A DNA stretch of 52,976 nt, the filler included, from Limisphaerales bacterium (GTDB lineage: Bacteria; Verrucomicrobiota; Verrucomicrobiia; Limisphaerales; SIBE01): the NCBI GenBank assembly GCA_044225505.1. It is 4 parts of 4 records of this genome, joined end to end, with 100 filler letters (N's around TTAATTAATTAA, not from the genome) between each part and the next. Parts side by side here need not be neighbours in the genome. Positions count along the whole stretch, not along the records: positions 39,908 to 52,976 come from JBGAIN010000206.1; 3 more parts are not named here. One strand, 5' to 3'. A program made the translations under genes and the position numbers. The notes beneath the pieces were generated by a model that saw nothing but the letters and a program-made list of their open reading frames with translations, ran no database searches and was not told the DNA's origin. Shown here in pieces: positions 39,993 through 50,991 of this stretch; position 1 is the first letter of the stretch, and every line of letters begins with the position of its first letter.

Positions 39993-42674
39993 TCAATTCG
40001 ATTGGAGAAGAAAGCTTTCCATGGCGCGGCCTGGAACCGCCGTTTCGAGTCCCCCAGTCGCAACGGGCAATAGTGCGATCGACGTTTCAATATGGGTAAT
40101 GCGTGCCGCCCGTTTTAACGGTTGGAGCATTCCGATGCGCACGGAATGAGCGTCCGAAGTCAGATTCCAGAGTCTTGCCACGATCCCATGGGCGATCCCG
40201 TCGTTATGAGGTTTGAGCGCCCAGAGGAGAATATTCGAGTTACTCAAGGTGATCAGGCTATGTTGCGCCGCTGGTAAGGAACGGTTAGCGCCTCCGGTGA
40301 CGACACCGGTTACCGGTGGATTCTGGTGTTCAAGCGCAAACTTCATTGCTTCCGTCGGGTTGAACGAGCCATGCGGTCGCAACCCAAAGCGTTGCCGGAA
40401 AGAGCGGTCACCATCCTGCCGCCGAATACCCAGGTTGTCGCCATCAACCTGCCCGCCTGCCAAGACGTGAAGTTGAGCGGTCTGCGTATCGAGCTTCTCG
40501 GGTGTGCTCCGGCCAAGGCGGACAAAAGAGCAGTCCCAGTTCGACAGTGTAACGCCGGCGGAATTGGTTGCCTCAGTTACATCGGCAAAATGATTCATTG
40601 TGGCGTAATCGTAGCGGGCCAGGGAATCGGCGTAGTCTCCGCCTTCGCGTGCGGTTTTTACCCGAATGACCGCACCGACCTCTTCCGTGTGAACATCGGG
40701 CGAGGGCAGATTGAAGCTGAACGCCCAATGGCGGACGTCGCTGAAGTTCTCGGTGATCTCATTGTCGAGAAACACCCGGTCTGAGTCCCGAAGCAGCGTG
40801 ACGCGCGTGGTGTGCTGACCTCCCGCATTGCTTTCGCACTTGAGCGTCACGGAAATCGGTCCGGATTCTTCCAGCACAACTTCCTGACCTTCGGACGAGT
40901 TAGCGGCAAAGTCATTTAACCACCGTCCGTCGATGTTCGCGGCGAGCTCGTGGTTGCCGCGTCGTTTGTCGATGAAGCTGGAGATGGCTCCGTCCGCAGC
41001 CACGGTCAATCGGACGAGATCGTTCTCGATGACGCGGCGATCCTGGCTAACCGTCGCACTGGCGTCTCTCGAGGTGGTGCCAGGTCCCTCTTGGATTTCA
41101 AAGACTTTATACCCCACCGGGGGCAATGCTTGGGCCAGAATCCGTAGCGTTCGATCGTCTGCACGCCCCATGAATTGGTGAGGCACTTCCCGCCCGCTCG
41201 TCAGATCACGCACATGAATGTTCGTGCTGCCTTGATAGGGGAAATCTGCGGCGTCGGTTCGGGTCCAACCAAGCGGGTTAAAGACATAAAACCGTGTGGT
41301 CGCCCCCGGGTTCGGAATCTGTTTGCCGAGTTCGTTGGCAGCGTCCGCTTGTAGCCGATCGACATAGCGCTCGATCTCGGTGGCCAGCGTTTTTTGCCAG
41401 GCTGCTCGCGCGTCGCGGGGGACTGGCCCATCCGCCGTCCAATCGTGCTCCCAATACAGGCCCAGATTCATGAAGGCAAGGTCGCGCTCGGGCTCACGTC
41501 CATTCAGGAACGCTGGGTTCTGCAAACTGACCCAGGTGGCGAGCGCTTCGGCGCTCCGCAGTTTCTCCACCGCGCGTTTGACGCGAGCCGTTGTCTCGGC
41601 CATGGAGGCAGAGTAAAGGTCCCATTCATTCCCATAGGTGACGCGCATGGAGGGGAGCTTGTCGCCGTAACGGGCTTCGAAATCGCGAAAGAAATCTTCC
41701 TCGTTGGAGACAATCACCTGGCGGTCGGCGGTGGACTGCGCTCGTGCAATCTCGTGAAAATGTTCGACCCGCGGGTACGATTTCGGGTTAGCGGGGTAAT
41801 CCTGGCCCGTCTTTCGATCTAAGGCATCCCACCCAAAGCCAAACGCCGCTCGAATCGCGTAGGGCATGTCAGCCCCTGGGGGACGGTAACGCTGTAAGAA
41901 ATCTGCGTCTTGATCCAAGAACCGGATGGCCGCGAGCGGGTCGAACGCCTCCGCATAGCCGCCGCTCAATTGGTTGCCCGAACCAGCGAGCGAGTGCCAT
42001 TTCATCAACACTCGCTGACCGTCCAGCCCGGTGGCCCAGTAGATTTCGTGAGGACGCCTTTGCAGCGCGGTGCTGGGGAGTTTGCTGGCGCAGGCACAGA
42101 CCCCTCGCCAGCTGTAACGCGCTCCAGCGCCTGCCCAAAGCGAGGCCAAGCCCACGGGCAACGTCTGGTTCTCCATGGCGACCGCGAGGGAGAATTTAAG
42201 CTGGTGACGCCGTTCCAGTTGACCGGCGTAAGCCATGCCCCGCAAGACCGCTTCCGCGGGCTGACCGCCGTAGCAGGAGGCGAGCGCGGTCATCGGTGCA
42301 CTCAGGTGACCCGAGCGCAAACGGTCGATGACCCGTTGAAACTCAGAGGCAGACCGTGTTTTCGCGTAGACCCATAGCCAGTAACTGCCATCACAGCAAA
42401 ACCGGCTTTGGTACGGAGAAGGATGGCCCTCCGTGATGTCCGCCAGGCGCAGGTAATAGTCGATCATCTCGGGCAAAACGCGGTTGTACGTCTCCGCGTC
42501 CGCGGTCCACAGAAAATCCGTGTGTTCGTCGTTTGCGAGATAGATCTTCCGGGGCTCCGAATGACTGGATTCCGTCAGGACCAAGCTGAAGGCTATAAGC
42601 AGGGACCGGAGAGCAAGGTGTGCCGATCGAGCGAGCGACGGGGCGCGACGGCCCGAAAGGGTCGCCGAAAACAC
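39993..42674 (-). CDS. Glycoside hydrolase, GH38/alpha-mannosidase-like fold
   Basis: IYLANDEHTDFLW N-terminus, EHDW, VFNPLGWTRT, LPPVGYK, LWALKP..RLWN; start uncertain (GTG 42674 chosen to avoid overlap). Confidence 0.75.
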   Translation of the reverse strand: MFSATLSGRRAPSLARSAHLALRSLLIAFSLVLTESSHSEPRKIYLANDEHTDFLWTADAETYNRVLPEMIDYYLRLADITEGHPSPYQSRFCCDGSYWLWVYAKTRSASEFQRVIDRLRSGHLSAPMTALASCYGGQPAEAVLRGMAYAGQLERRHQLKFSLAVAMENQTLPVGLASLWAGAGARYSWRGVCACASKLPSTALQRRPHEIYWATGLDGQRVLMKWHSLAGSGNQLSGGYAEAFDPLAAIRFLDQDADFLQRYRPPGADMPYAIRAAFGFGWDALDRKTGQDYPANPKSYPRVEHFHEIARAQSTADRQVIVSNEEDFFRDFEARYGDKLPSMRVTYGNEWDLYSASMAETTARVKRAVEKLRSAEALATWVSLQNPAFLNGREPERDLAFMNLGLYWEHDWTADGPVPRDARAAWQKTLATEIERYVDRLQADAANELGKQIPNPGATTRFYVFNPLGWTRTDAADFPYQGSTNIHVRDLTSGREVPHQFMGRADDRTLRILAQALPPVGYKVFEIQEGPGTTSRDASATVSQDRRVIENDLVRLTVAADGAISSFIDKRRGNHELAANIDGRWLNDFAANSSEGQEVVLEESGPISVTLKCESNAGGQHTTRVTLLRDSDRVFLDNEITENFSDVRHWAFSFNLPSPDVHTEEVGAVIRVKTAREGGDYADSLARYDYATMNHFADVTEATNSAGVTLSNWDCSFVRLGRSTPEKLDTQTAQLHVLAGGQVDGDNLGIRRQDGDRSFRQRFGLRPHGSFNPTEAMKFALEHQNPPVTGVVTGGANRSLPAAQHSLITLSNSNILLWALKPHNDGIAHGIVARLWNLTSDAHSVRIGMLQPLKRAARITHIETSIALLPVATGGLETAVPGRAMESFLLQSN

Positions 42675-42729
42675 GCAGTCGCCCGCGGGCGATCCTGGAT
42701 CGGCCGTCGGCGCTTCCCGGTCCAGGGCG

Positions 42730-43815
42730 TTACCGCAATATGGCGCTCTCGTCGAAGATCGCATGGCGGAGGATGGTGCGTTCGTCCGTCGTAAAGGTGA
42801 CATGAATCTTGCCATCGCGCGTTTGGATTGCGGTTGGATAAGCGAATGAGTTGCGCCCTTCCGCAATGTTTCGCCGGTGCGGGAAGGTTTTTCCTCCATC
42901 CATTGAGATGGCCGCCGTCAACGGGCTTCGCTCGTTCATGCTGTCGTTGAAGACAAAGAGCACGTGCCCGTTCTGCAATCGAATCAAGTCCACCGCAGCG
43001 TTCGGGTTGGCAAACTCCGTCTCAGTCCCGGCGCTCCAGGTGCGGCCACCGTCTTTGGACTCCGTGCGGACCACATAACCATCGTCGCCTGGAGCATAGT
43101 CCCCACCGCGCCGACACATCGCCATCAAGCGGTTGTCATCCAACTCCACAACGGCGGGTTGCAAGTTGCCCATGCGCGAGTGCACGCGATTGGACTCCGT
43201 CCACTGTTTGGATCGCGGATCATACCTAAGAAAGAAGGACGTTGTCGCCGCGGGGACGAGCTCTGTGTCTTCACCCACTTCATGATAGACAGGCAAGAGG
43301 TAGGCTCCGTCTTTGAGCACAATGGGGCGCGCGCGCACCATGGTCCCGGCTTCCCAGGTTAAGACAAAAGCATCGGACCAGGATTGGCCTTCATCCGTGG
43401 AGACTTTCGCCATGATGCGTGAGCTGGACCAGGTGGCTCCCGGACGCACCACAAAGAAGAGCCAGAGCAGTCCGTCCGGTGCCTGCCACACGACCGGATT
43501 CCCCATGGAATAAAAAGGGTTCCGGGCGATGACCGTCGGTGCATCCCAAGCACTGCCGCTTTTCTTGCGAGCGCCATAGACCGCAGTGGCTTGCTCGTAT
43601 TCGCCGCCACCGCCGTAATAGGCCAGGTAAAGATCGCCGTTACGCAATTCCGTGATGCAAGAAGGATGTTTGTACGGTCCGGTCGGCGTCTCGGGACCGA
43701 ATACTTTCTCCGTCTGAATCTCCGCGGCTTGGGTCATTACCCGGGTCCATACGAGGAGACAAATAAGAATGAATCCGTAGCGCCAAGGCCTGGTTTCCTG
43801 CGAAGTCCTAGACAT
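42730..43815 (-). CDS. BNR/Asp-box sialidase-like protein
   Basis: STDEGQSW, SKDGGRTW and SMDGGKTF Asp-boxes; AYP motif; signal peptide. Confidence 0.88.
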   Translation of the reverse strand: MSRTSQETRPWRYGFILICLLVWTRVMTQAAEIQTEKVFGPETPTGPYKHPSCITELRNGDLYLAYYGGGGEYEQATAVYGARKKSGSAWDAPTVIARNPFYSMGNPVVWQAPDGLLWLFFVVRPGATWSSSRIMAKVSTDEGQSWSDAFVLTWEAGTMVRARPIVLKDGAYLLPVYHEVGEDTELVPAATTSFFLRYDPRSKQWTESNRVHSRMGNLQPAVVELDDNRLMAMCRRGGDYAPGDDGYVVRTESKDGGRTWSAGTETEFANPNAAVDLIRLQNGHVLFVFNDSMNERSPLTAAISMDGGKTFPHRRNIAEGRNSFAYPTAIQTRDGKIHVTFTTDERTILRHAIFDESAILR

Positions 43816-43901
43816 GTGGAGAGAGGGGACTAATTTTTTCGGCGTGAGACCGGCGCACCAGACTTGGAGTCCGGCGTGCCCTCGGTCGCGTCTTCTTCAG
43901 G

Positions 43902-44966
43902 TTATTTCCGACGCGCGTTCCACACCATAGACTGTTCTTGGCCGTCGATCTGCGCTTTAGCAACGCCGGTGATCTGCGCGCCATCGACTTTACCGGTCAT
44001 GCGATAGGTGAGGATACTGCCGTCCGGTCGGTCCCGCTTGATGGTCCACGAGAGATTGTTGTCGTTTAATTCCCCGTTCTCGATTTGCAGCCATTTATCG
44101 TCACCTCTCGAGAATTTGCCGGTGATGGTCTTGCCGCTATTTTGGAGTTGAAGCCGAGATTCGAAGGTCTGCCCATCGTTGCTGCGCAGAGTGCTGACCC
44201 ATTCGCCATTGAGCGAAACGGACTGAGCTGTTTCAGGTTTGACAGGTTCATCGCCCACCAGGCGCGCAACGAGGCGTTCGATGGCTTCCGCCCAGATCGC
44301 ATACCCGCGCTTGGACAAATGCAAGTAGTCGGGCATCAGCTCGCCGGGAATCGTCCCGTCGTTATTGATGAAACGATGGCCGAAGTCCGCCCAGAAAACG
44401 TCCTTGTTGTCGGCTAGTTTGTGCAAGACCTGGTTGATTTGCATAATCTTGCCGCGTTGCGCGCTAAAATTCTCACTGCGCGGGAAGATGGCCACCAGGA
44501 CGACTTTGGTTTGAGGCAGTTTCTCGCGGAGCTTTTTGACGATTGCTGTGACACCCTCGACGATCTGTCCGGGGGTGTTGTCTTCGCCATTGGAATTGTT
44601 AGTTCCAATCATGACCACGGCTGCTTTTGGGTGGATTCCTTCCACGTTGCCGTGATCCAGCCGCCACAAAACGTGCTGGGTGCGGTCGCCGGAAATACCC
44701 AGATTCACCGCATTGCGCTTGGCATAGTATTGAGCCCAGACCTCTTTGCCCTCGCCTTCCCAGCCTTGCGTGATGGAATCGCCGATAAAAATAACCTGGG
44801 CTTTATCGCCTGCTTCGGTTGCCTTCGTGTTGATCAGCTTGTGACGATCCTGCCACCAGCCTTCATTTCGCGGGGCGGATTCAATCGCGGAATGGGCGCA
44901 GACCAGCTGGGTGGCCCAGAGGCAAGTCGCCAGAGATAGAACGAGTCTTGGGAGGGAAGATTTCAT
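43902..44966 (-). CDS. Secreted SGNH/GDSL esterase with a C-terminal beta domain
   Basis: FIGDSIT, GISGDRT, MIGTNN, DYLH. Confidence 0.92.
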   Translation of the reverse strand: MKSSLPRLVLSLATCLWATQLVCAHSAIESAPRNEGWWQDRHKLINTKATEAGDKAQVIFIGDSITQGWEGEGKEVWAQYYAKRNAVNLGISGDRTQHVLWRLDHGNVEGIHPKAAVVMIGTNNSNGEDNTPGQIVEGVTAIVKKLREKLPQTKVVLVAIFPRSENFSAQRGKIMQINQVLHKLADNKDVFWADFGHRFINNDGTIPGELMPDYLHLSKRGYAIWAEAIERLVARLVGDEPVKPETAQSVSLNGEWVSTLRSNDGQTFESRLQLQNSGKTITGKFSRGDDKWLQIENGELNDNNLSWTIKRDRPDGSILTYRMTGKVDGAQITGVAKAQIDGQEQSMVWNARRK

Positions 44967-45072
44967 AGAGCTAGCAAAGCGGACTGAGCGGCCCGACGCA
45001 AGCCAGGGAAAGGAGAATCCTACGAGGTGATGACCGGTATTGGTAGATGATCTAACCCGTCGTGAGTAACGG

Positions 45073-47127
45073 TTAGGGAGGTGGTTGAACTAAACGATAG
45101 AACCGGTCGCCAGGTTCAATCGGGAGCACCGCTTCATGGATGCCGTCGCCACCAGTGATTATCGTCTCCAGATTGGTCCACTCTAACCCCGGAAATGAGG
45201 TGGTAGCTGTTTGCAGGACCGGAGCTGGATCGAGCGACGCCCAACTGAGGCGGAATCGGCTTGCGTCCATACGCGCTATCGTCAATTGACCAGGACCCAC
45301 CACCGAACAGGTGCTAAGCCAGGAGGCAAACCGACGCGGTGCGCTGGGTGGAATGCCGCTCGCAGATGCCAAGCTGTAGAAGAGACCTGGGGTTTGTGGC
45401 CGCAGCCGAATGGACAGAGCCGCGGATTGTCCTGGATTCATTGTTCCGAGGTCAAACCGGACGGTGTTGTTCGTTACCGTGAATGCTGGCCCGGGCGACA
45501 CGACTTTTAAGACCTCAAAGTCCGCAGCGGCGAGTGAGGCATGAAAGGAGACGCCGTTTCGATCCTGAATGACGGGTTCCGGAGGGGCGAGCAGGGCTGA
45601 AGCGAATACGTTCGTGAGACTGACTTGATATAGAGTTTCGCGAGAGGCGTTTGTTACCACTGTGCGGACGGTGATCTCTTTGCCCCAGTAGACCAGATTT
45701 GAAGAAATGTCTCCTCCGACGACCAGCCCCACTGAATTGAAAGCGGTAAATGGCGTCGGAGTAACCGCAGCGCCGACCGAGGTTTGAACTGTGATCGGGC
45801 CAGACTCAGCGCCAGGCGGCACAACCGCCAAGACATCCTCTAGCCCTTGACTCAAGAACGCTGCCGAAGCTGGACCGAACGAAACGCCGGTCACTATCCC
45901 AAGTCGGGCACCTTGAAGGCGGACCCAGGTCCCACTCGATCCGCGAGTGGGAAAGAAACTGAGCAGGCGAGGCTCTGGCGGACCATTGATAACGGTAAAT
46001 GGAACCGGCGATAGGGCAGCCCCGGATTGAGTTAGGACTGATATAGGGCCGCTCGCGGCGTAAGGAACCCGAATTTGAAGAGGCAGGCTGAACGGATGGA
46101 AGTCCACCTTAATTCCGTTAAACCGGACTTCGCTGACGAACACGAGATTGGACCCCTCAATTGTAATGTAAGTTCCGGGAGGTCCCGACAAAGGGGAAAA
46201 GCCCGTTATGGCCGGCGGAGGTTGTGGGGTGACGGTAAAGTTCTCTCGGGTCGTAAAGCTTCCAGTCTCCGTCACTATCGTGATGGGTCCGGAAGTCGCA
46301 TCGATGGGAACAACGGCGGAACCCGATCGCGGCGGACCTGGTAACGGGGCCAAGAAAAAAGTAGCGAGTGTATTGTTAAAATAGAGAAACTTGACTCCGG
46401 CAAAATTCGTTCCGTTGAGGGTAACGTAGGTCCCGGAAGTCCCGCTGGTTGGCGAAAAGTCGAAGATTTCCGGTGAGCCTAGAACGGGCGGCGTAATCAC
46501 GGTAAAGGCCGTGGGCGAGGTCGCGGACCCTTCGCTGGTCGTCACGGTAATAGGGCCGCTGCTTGCTCCGACGGGAACAACGGCATAAGGGTGAGGCAGA
46601 CCGACCCCTCCAAAGTCTCCAAATTCTGCGGGTGTTCCGTTGAAGTCGACGCTCAAAAGCGGACTCAGATCTGTCCCGATGAGATCGACAACGGCTCCTG
46701 GAACGGCCGATTCTGGGGTGAATCCTGTAAGAATAGGGAGCCGGCGTTTTGCAACGATGAAGTCATCTCGTGTCGTGAACGAACCTTGCGCTGTCGACAC
46801 GGTGATGGGCCCAGAAGTAGCCTCCTGCGGCACGATCGCTACCGGTGGGAACACTCCATTCCAATCCTGGAACACAGCCGCAACGCCATTGAATTGGATG
46901 CTGAGAATTTCGCGCAGATTGGCTCCAGAGAAGGCGACCGAGGTCCCCGGAGGACCAGACGTCGGCATGAACGAGTCAATGACGGGCGGACCTGAGTTTG
47001 CCAGGGTCGACGCCGAAAACACTATTCCCTGCCACGCCGCGCAAATGAGCACCAGCAATATTCGTGCGGCGAGGAGCAATCGTTTCGGCCGGCATTGTGG
47101 CCCGGCCACCGGTGGGCGATGCGACAT
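45073..47127 (-). CDS. Surface protein with five IPT/TIG repeats and a DUF11-like domain
   Basis: Five PxIxxFxPxSGxxGTxVxxxGxNL...SGPIxV units; C-terminal RFYRL domain. Confidence 0.88.
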   Translation of the reverse strand: MSHRPPVAGPQCRPKRLLLAARILLVLICAAWQGIVFSASTLANSGPPVIDSFMPTSGPPGTSVAFSGANLREILSIQFNGVAAVFQDWNGVFPPVAIVPQEATSGPITVSTAQGSFTTRDDFIVAKRRLPILTGFTPESAVPGAVVDLIGTDLSPLLSVDFNGTPAEFGDFGGVGLPHPYAVVPVGASSGPITVTTSEGSATSPTAFTVITPPVLGSPEIFDFSPTSGTSGTYVTLNGTNFAGVKFLYFNNTLATFFLAPLPGPPRSGSAVVPIDATSGPITIVTETGSFTTRENFTVTPQPPPAITGFSPLSGPPGTYITIEGSNLVFVSEVRFNGIKVDFHPFSLPLQIRVPYAASGPISVLTQSGAALSPVPFTVINGPPEPRLLSFFPTRGSSGTWVRLQGARLGIVTGVSFGPASAAFLSQGLEDVLAVVPPGAESGPITVQTSVGAAVTPTPFTAFNSVGLVVGGDISSNLVYWGKEITVRTVVTNASRETLYQVSLTNVFASALLAPPEPVIQDRNGVSFHASLAAADFEVLKVVSPGPAFTVTNNTVRFDLGTMNPGQSAALSIRLRPQTPGLFYSLASASGIPPSAPRRFASWLSTCSVVGPGQLTIARMDASRFRLSWASLDPAPVLQTATTSFPGLEWTNLETIITGGDGIHEAVLPIEPGDRFYRLVQPPP

Positions 47128-47274
47128 AGGCTCACGGAAATTGGCGCTCTTTACCGAAACTTTCAAATTGATTGTTCCGTCCGAGGGCTTGGCCTGTTAC
47201 GATCTATCCATTCAAGTCATTTGGGCGTTGCTTGGCTTCGACACAATCCAGACGCTCGGACGAGTCGTAATCCT

Positions 47275-49350
47275 ATGAACACTCTGCCTAAACTTTCGCC
47301 TTCACGGACGCTTCTGTTGCTTGCGGCCGTCAGTTGCGTGTTTCTCGAATCGCCACTCCTCCGGGTTGAGGTAACCAACGCCGCCGAGGTTGAAGCTCCG
47401 AAACGGCTACGCCGCGCCGATAGTTTTCTGGGCATCCATTTCGACTTCCACGCCGGACCAGACTGCAAAGAGATCGGACGGAATACCACTCCGGCCATGG
47501 TCGAGAACATTATCGATTTGGTGCATCCGGACTATCTCCAGGTCGATTGTAAAGGCCATCGTGGCCTGACCAGTTACCCAACGAAAGCGGGGAATCCCGC
47601 CCCTGGTTTTGTCGGTGATCCGCTGCGGGTTTGGCGAGACGTGACAGCGCGTCGCGGGGTGGCTCTTTACATGCATTACTCAGGTGTTTGGGACTCGGAA
47701 GCCATCCTGCAGCACCCGGACTGGGCGGCCATCAACGCGGATGGAAAAACCAACGGCAATGCGACCTCGTTTTTCGGACGCTACGCCGATGAACTGCTCA
47801 TCCCGCAATTGCGGGAACTTGGCTCTGTTTACGGTGTGGATGGCGCTTGGGTGGACGGAGAGTGCTGGGCCTCAGTTCCGGACTACGGCGCGGCCGCCTT
47901 GGCAGCGTTTCGCCAGGCGACAGGCATCACCGACGTGCCACGCCGCCCCGCGGATCCGCATTGGTTCGAGTTTCTCCAGTTTAATCGCGACGCATTCCGC
48001 GGCTACTTACGCCACTACATCGCTGAGGTGAAGAAATCCTGTCCGGAGATACAGCTCTGCAGCAACTGGGCATTCACCGACCACATGCCCGAGCCGGTCA
48101 CGGTGCCGGTCGACTTCCTATCCGGAGATTACTCACCCGAGGACAGTGTTAATTCAGCCAGGTTGTCAGCCCGGTATTTGGCCAGGCAAGGCAAGCCGTG
48201 GGATTTAATGGCTTGGAGCTTTACTCTTAAGCCGGGGCGGGGCGGGGGAAAGCACAAGACGGCGGTGCAACTCGAGCGCGAAGCGGCGGTGGTCTTGGCT
48301 TTGGGCGGAGGATTCCAAGCCTATCACTCGCAGAAGCGTGACGGGTCCATTGTTCCGGAGCAAATGCCGGCAATGGCAGAAGTCGCGAAGTTCTGCCGTG
48401 AACGGCAAACCATTTGTCACCATGCCGTCCAAGTGCCACAGGTGGCGCTGCTCTACTCCACCGCAGATCACTATCGACGAATCAACGGACTATTTTCCCG
48501 CGATCTGGCGCGTTTGAGCGGAACGCTCCAGGCCTTGCTGGAAAGTCAGTTGTCCGTCGAAGTTTTGGGCGAACACCATTTAGCAGGGCGAATGCCGGAA
48601 TACCCGCTGATCATTGTCCCGGAATGCCGCTATTTGGAGCCGCAGTTCGTAAGAGAACTCGAGGCTTATGTCCGTGAAGGCGGCAACCTCCTGCTGATTG
48701 GACCGCAAGCGGCCGCTCTCTTTCAGTCCCAGCTCGATGTGGCGTTGGAAGGCAAACCCACCACCGAACGCCGCTATCTGGCCGCACAGAACTCTTTCTT
48801 GGCGACGAAAGGGGAGGTGCAAGCGGTTCGATTGGGCGCAAACGCGCAGGCGCGCGGTCTCCTTTATCTTCAAAACGCTGCCACGGCCCCGTCGCAACCG
48901 GCCGCATCGGTAACCACGCTCGGTCGAGGGAAGATCGCCACAACGTACTTTGCTTTTGGGCAAGGTTACCTCGAAAAACCGGCCGAGGAGTCTCGCGCTT
49001 TTCTGCGTGAACTATGCCACGAGCTCTTCCCGCAACCGCTGGCGACGGTCAGCGGAAGCTCCGATGTCGACGTCGTCATCAATCGCATCGGCTCGAAGCT
49101 GGCCGTGAATCTCGTCAACACCGCCGGGCCGCACCGAACGGAGCCGATCCTGGATTCTATTCCGACGATTGGCCCACTTTCGGTAGCGATTCGAGCGAGC
49201 GCCAAGCCAGTCCGCGTCACGCTTCAACCTGGCGGCTCCGAGCTTCCTTACACGTTCAAAGACGGCCTGATCGAAACCGCGGTCCCACAGGTGAAAATCC
49301 ACGACATCGTCGTTGTGGAATATTCCACGCCGGCGGAATTATTGCGGTAA
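47275..49350 (+). CDS. Secreted glycoside hydrolase-like protein (GHL6/fucosidase-like with trimerisation domain)
   Basis: GIHFDFH, DCKGH, DGAWVDGE, YPLIIVPE..YVREGGNLL. Confidence 0.8.
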   Translation: MNTLPKLSPSRTLLLLAAVSCVFLESPLLRVEVTNAAEVEAPKRLRRADSFLGIHFDFHAGPDCKEIGRNTTPAMVENIIDLVHPDYLQVDCKGHRGLTSYPTKAGNPAPGFVGDPLRVWRDVTARRGVALYMHYSGVWDSEAILQHPDWAAINADGKTNGNATSFFGRYADELLIPQLRELGSVYGVDGAWVDGECWASVPDYGAAALAAFRQATGITDVPRRPADPHWFEFLQFNRDAFRGYLRHYIAEVKKSCPEIQLCSNWAFTDHMPEPVTVPVDFLSGDYSPEDSVNSARLSARYLARQGKPWDLMAWSFTLKPGRGGGKHKTAVQLEREAAVVLALGGGFQAYHSQKRDGSIVPEQMPAMAEVAKFCRERQTICHHAVQVPQVALLYSTADHYRRINGLFSRDLARLSGTLQALLESQLSVEVLGEHHLAGRMPEYPLIIVPECRYLEPQFVRELEAYVREGGNLLLIGPQAAALFQSQLDVALEGKPTTERRYLAAQNSFLATKGEVQAVRLGANAQARGLLYLQNAATAPSQPAASVTTLGRGKIATTYFAFGQGYLEKPAEESRAFLRELCHELFPQPLATVSGSSDVDVVINRIGSKLAVNLVNTAGPHRTEPILDSIPTIGPLSVAIRASAKPVRVTLQPGGSELPYTFKDGLIETAVPQVKIHDIVVVEYSTPAELLR

Positions 49351-49680
49351 TTTTACTCCATTAACGCTGTTGCTGGTGACAATTGTCACCTGCGGCTGAC
49401 GATTTGGGGCCGAGCCGTTCCCAAAATGGCTCGGCGCCTCCGAGATTTGTCTCACACTCTGTCAACAAATTGCGGACAGTCCCGCCAGCCCCACTTTGCA
49501 CAAAGGCGATTCCTTCACCTCAGGCGGCCTCCTGACAGCGTGTAAACTGCTTGCTCACAGCCTCGCGACGCTGTGACCAAGCTGTCAGCAAGCCGTGAGC
49601 AGCGAGCGATCAAGCCCCTTTAGCAGAAGAAAGCTTTGAGATACCGGGCGCCTCCTCGGCCCGTATGGAAAACGAATTCA

Positions 49681-49950
49681 AGAGGAACATTAGTCATTGC
49701 GCGCCAGCGTCTTGGACTGCGCCAGCCCTCTGGCGCTTTTCTGTGCGGGCGAGCCTGAAATCCCGCATCCGCCTATTCCCCAACCGTTTCCGTCTGGGTC
49801 TTTCCCTCGTAATCGTTAATCATAATCGTAATCGTAATCTTGATCCTAATCCTTCTCCCAGTCCTTCCGCACCTTCGTCTGCCACCCATTTCTCCCCCCC
49901 CATGGCGAACCATCAAATCCAGCGAAAGCCGGCGATCAAGGTCTGCGGCA
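49681..49950 (+). repeat. Non-coding repeat copy A (REP hairpin, TAATCG tract, attC-like left half)
   Basis: Aligns by eye with 50992-51220; hairpin GCGCCAG-CCCT-CTGGCGC at 49719-36; GGCGAAC-N5-AATCCAGC at 49904-23. Confidence 0.75.
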
Positions 49951-50991
49951 TTGCCCCAACGCGCGCTTCGGCAGGGCAACGGAATCCAGGAGCAAATTGC
50001 TCCCGGTATGTGCAACATTTCGCTCCATCAGCGGCTGTTTGAGCGTGAATGCGTTCCTCACGCAAATCCGCCACGGCCCAAGGTATTTTAAGAAGGCCGA
50101 GAGCTGCTCAGTCTCGCCCCTACCGGAGATGGTCGGGAGCTTCGATCGGAAATTAGGAAGCTGACTCACGGAACAGGCCACGTTGGTTTTCCGGATACCG
50201 CCGGTTCCACATCTTGACTGAACAGACGCACAAACGGTTTTGAACAGAAGATCGCGAAAGGAACGAAGTGGTTAGCTGCGCAAGATCTCCGTCGACGACG
50301 GGCTGCCGACAATTCAAGACGCTGACGCGCTGGCTCGTGATCTGGACCAACGATCGGTGGCCGACGAGCCACGAGGCGGAATCCAACTCCGTCATCCAGA
50401 CGCACTTTCCGTCTGCGATCAGCAATTGCTGATCCGAGTGCAACGTGCGCCGATTCAGGCGTTAAGAAGGGCGTTTGGGAATTTTTGCCAGCGCTGATCG
50501 TCAGCTGGCGTAATGGAAGGAATGAAATGGATAGACAGAAAGGCAAGGTCAAACGTTCCGCGTGGGCGACCTGACGCGCTCCAGGAATCGGCCATCGAAG
50601 TGGCGCGACCTTCCCAGGTCGCGATTCTGCTGAAAAGTGGGTCGAGACGATCAACCGGAAACGAGATCAGCCGTTAGAGACTTCCGGCAAGCGCAGGCAC
50701 CCGCTTGCTCGTCACACATTGGGAATGGTTGCACGGTCTCGAACGACGGTCGCCAGCCCATCTGGTGCGATTCTTCGTCTCCACCGAACCTCGGACGGGG
50801 TCGGTTCGTTCAAACCGCCGTCAAATGGCCGATTTTGTCAATACCAGGTCAACAAATTGTTGTCATTGGAGAAGCCATAAACTACGAGGGTGCGCCCAGG
50901 AAGCTTTTGGAAATGCAGCGCCTGCCCGACCGCCTGGAAAGAGCGCCGACATCCCCAGCGCCAGCCCCGACCGTGCGCGGTAGCCAAGTTT

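Noticed and set aside
49800..49860. TAATCG tandem tract as a CRISPR array or a coding repeat
   Set aside because: Hexamer microsatellite with no spacers and no cas genes; the NRNRN/ITITI ORFs arise from the repeat.
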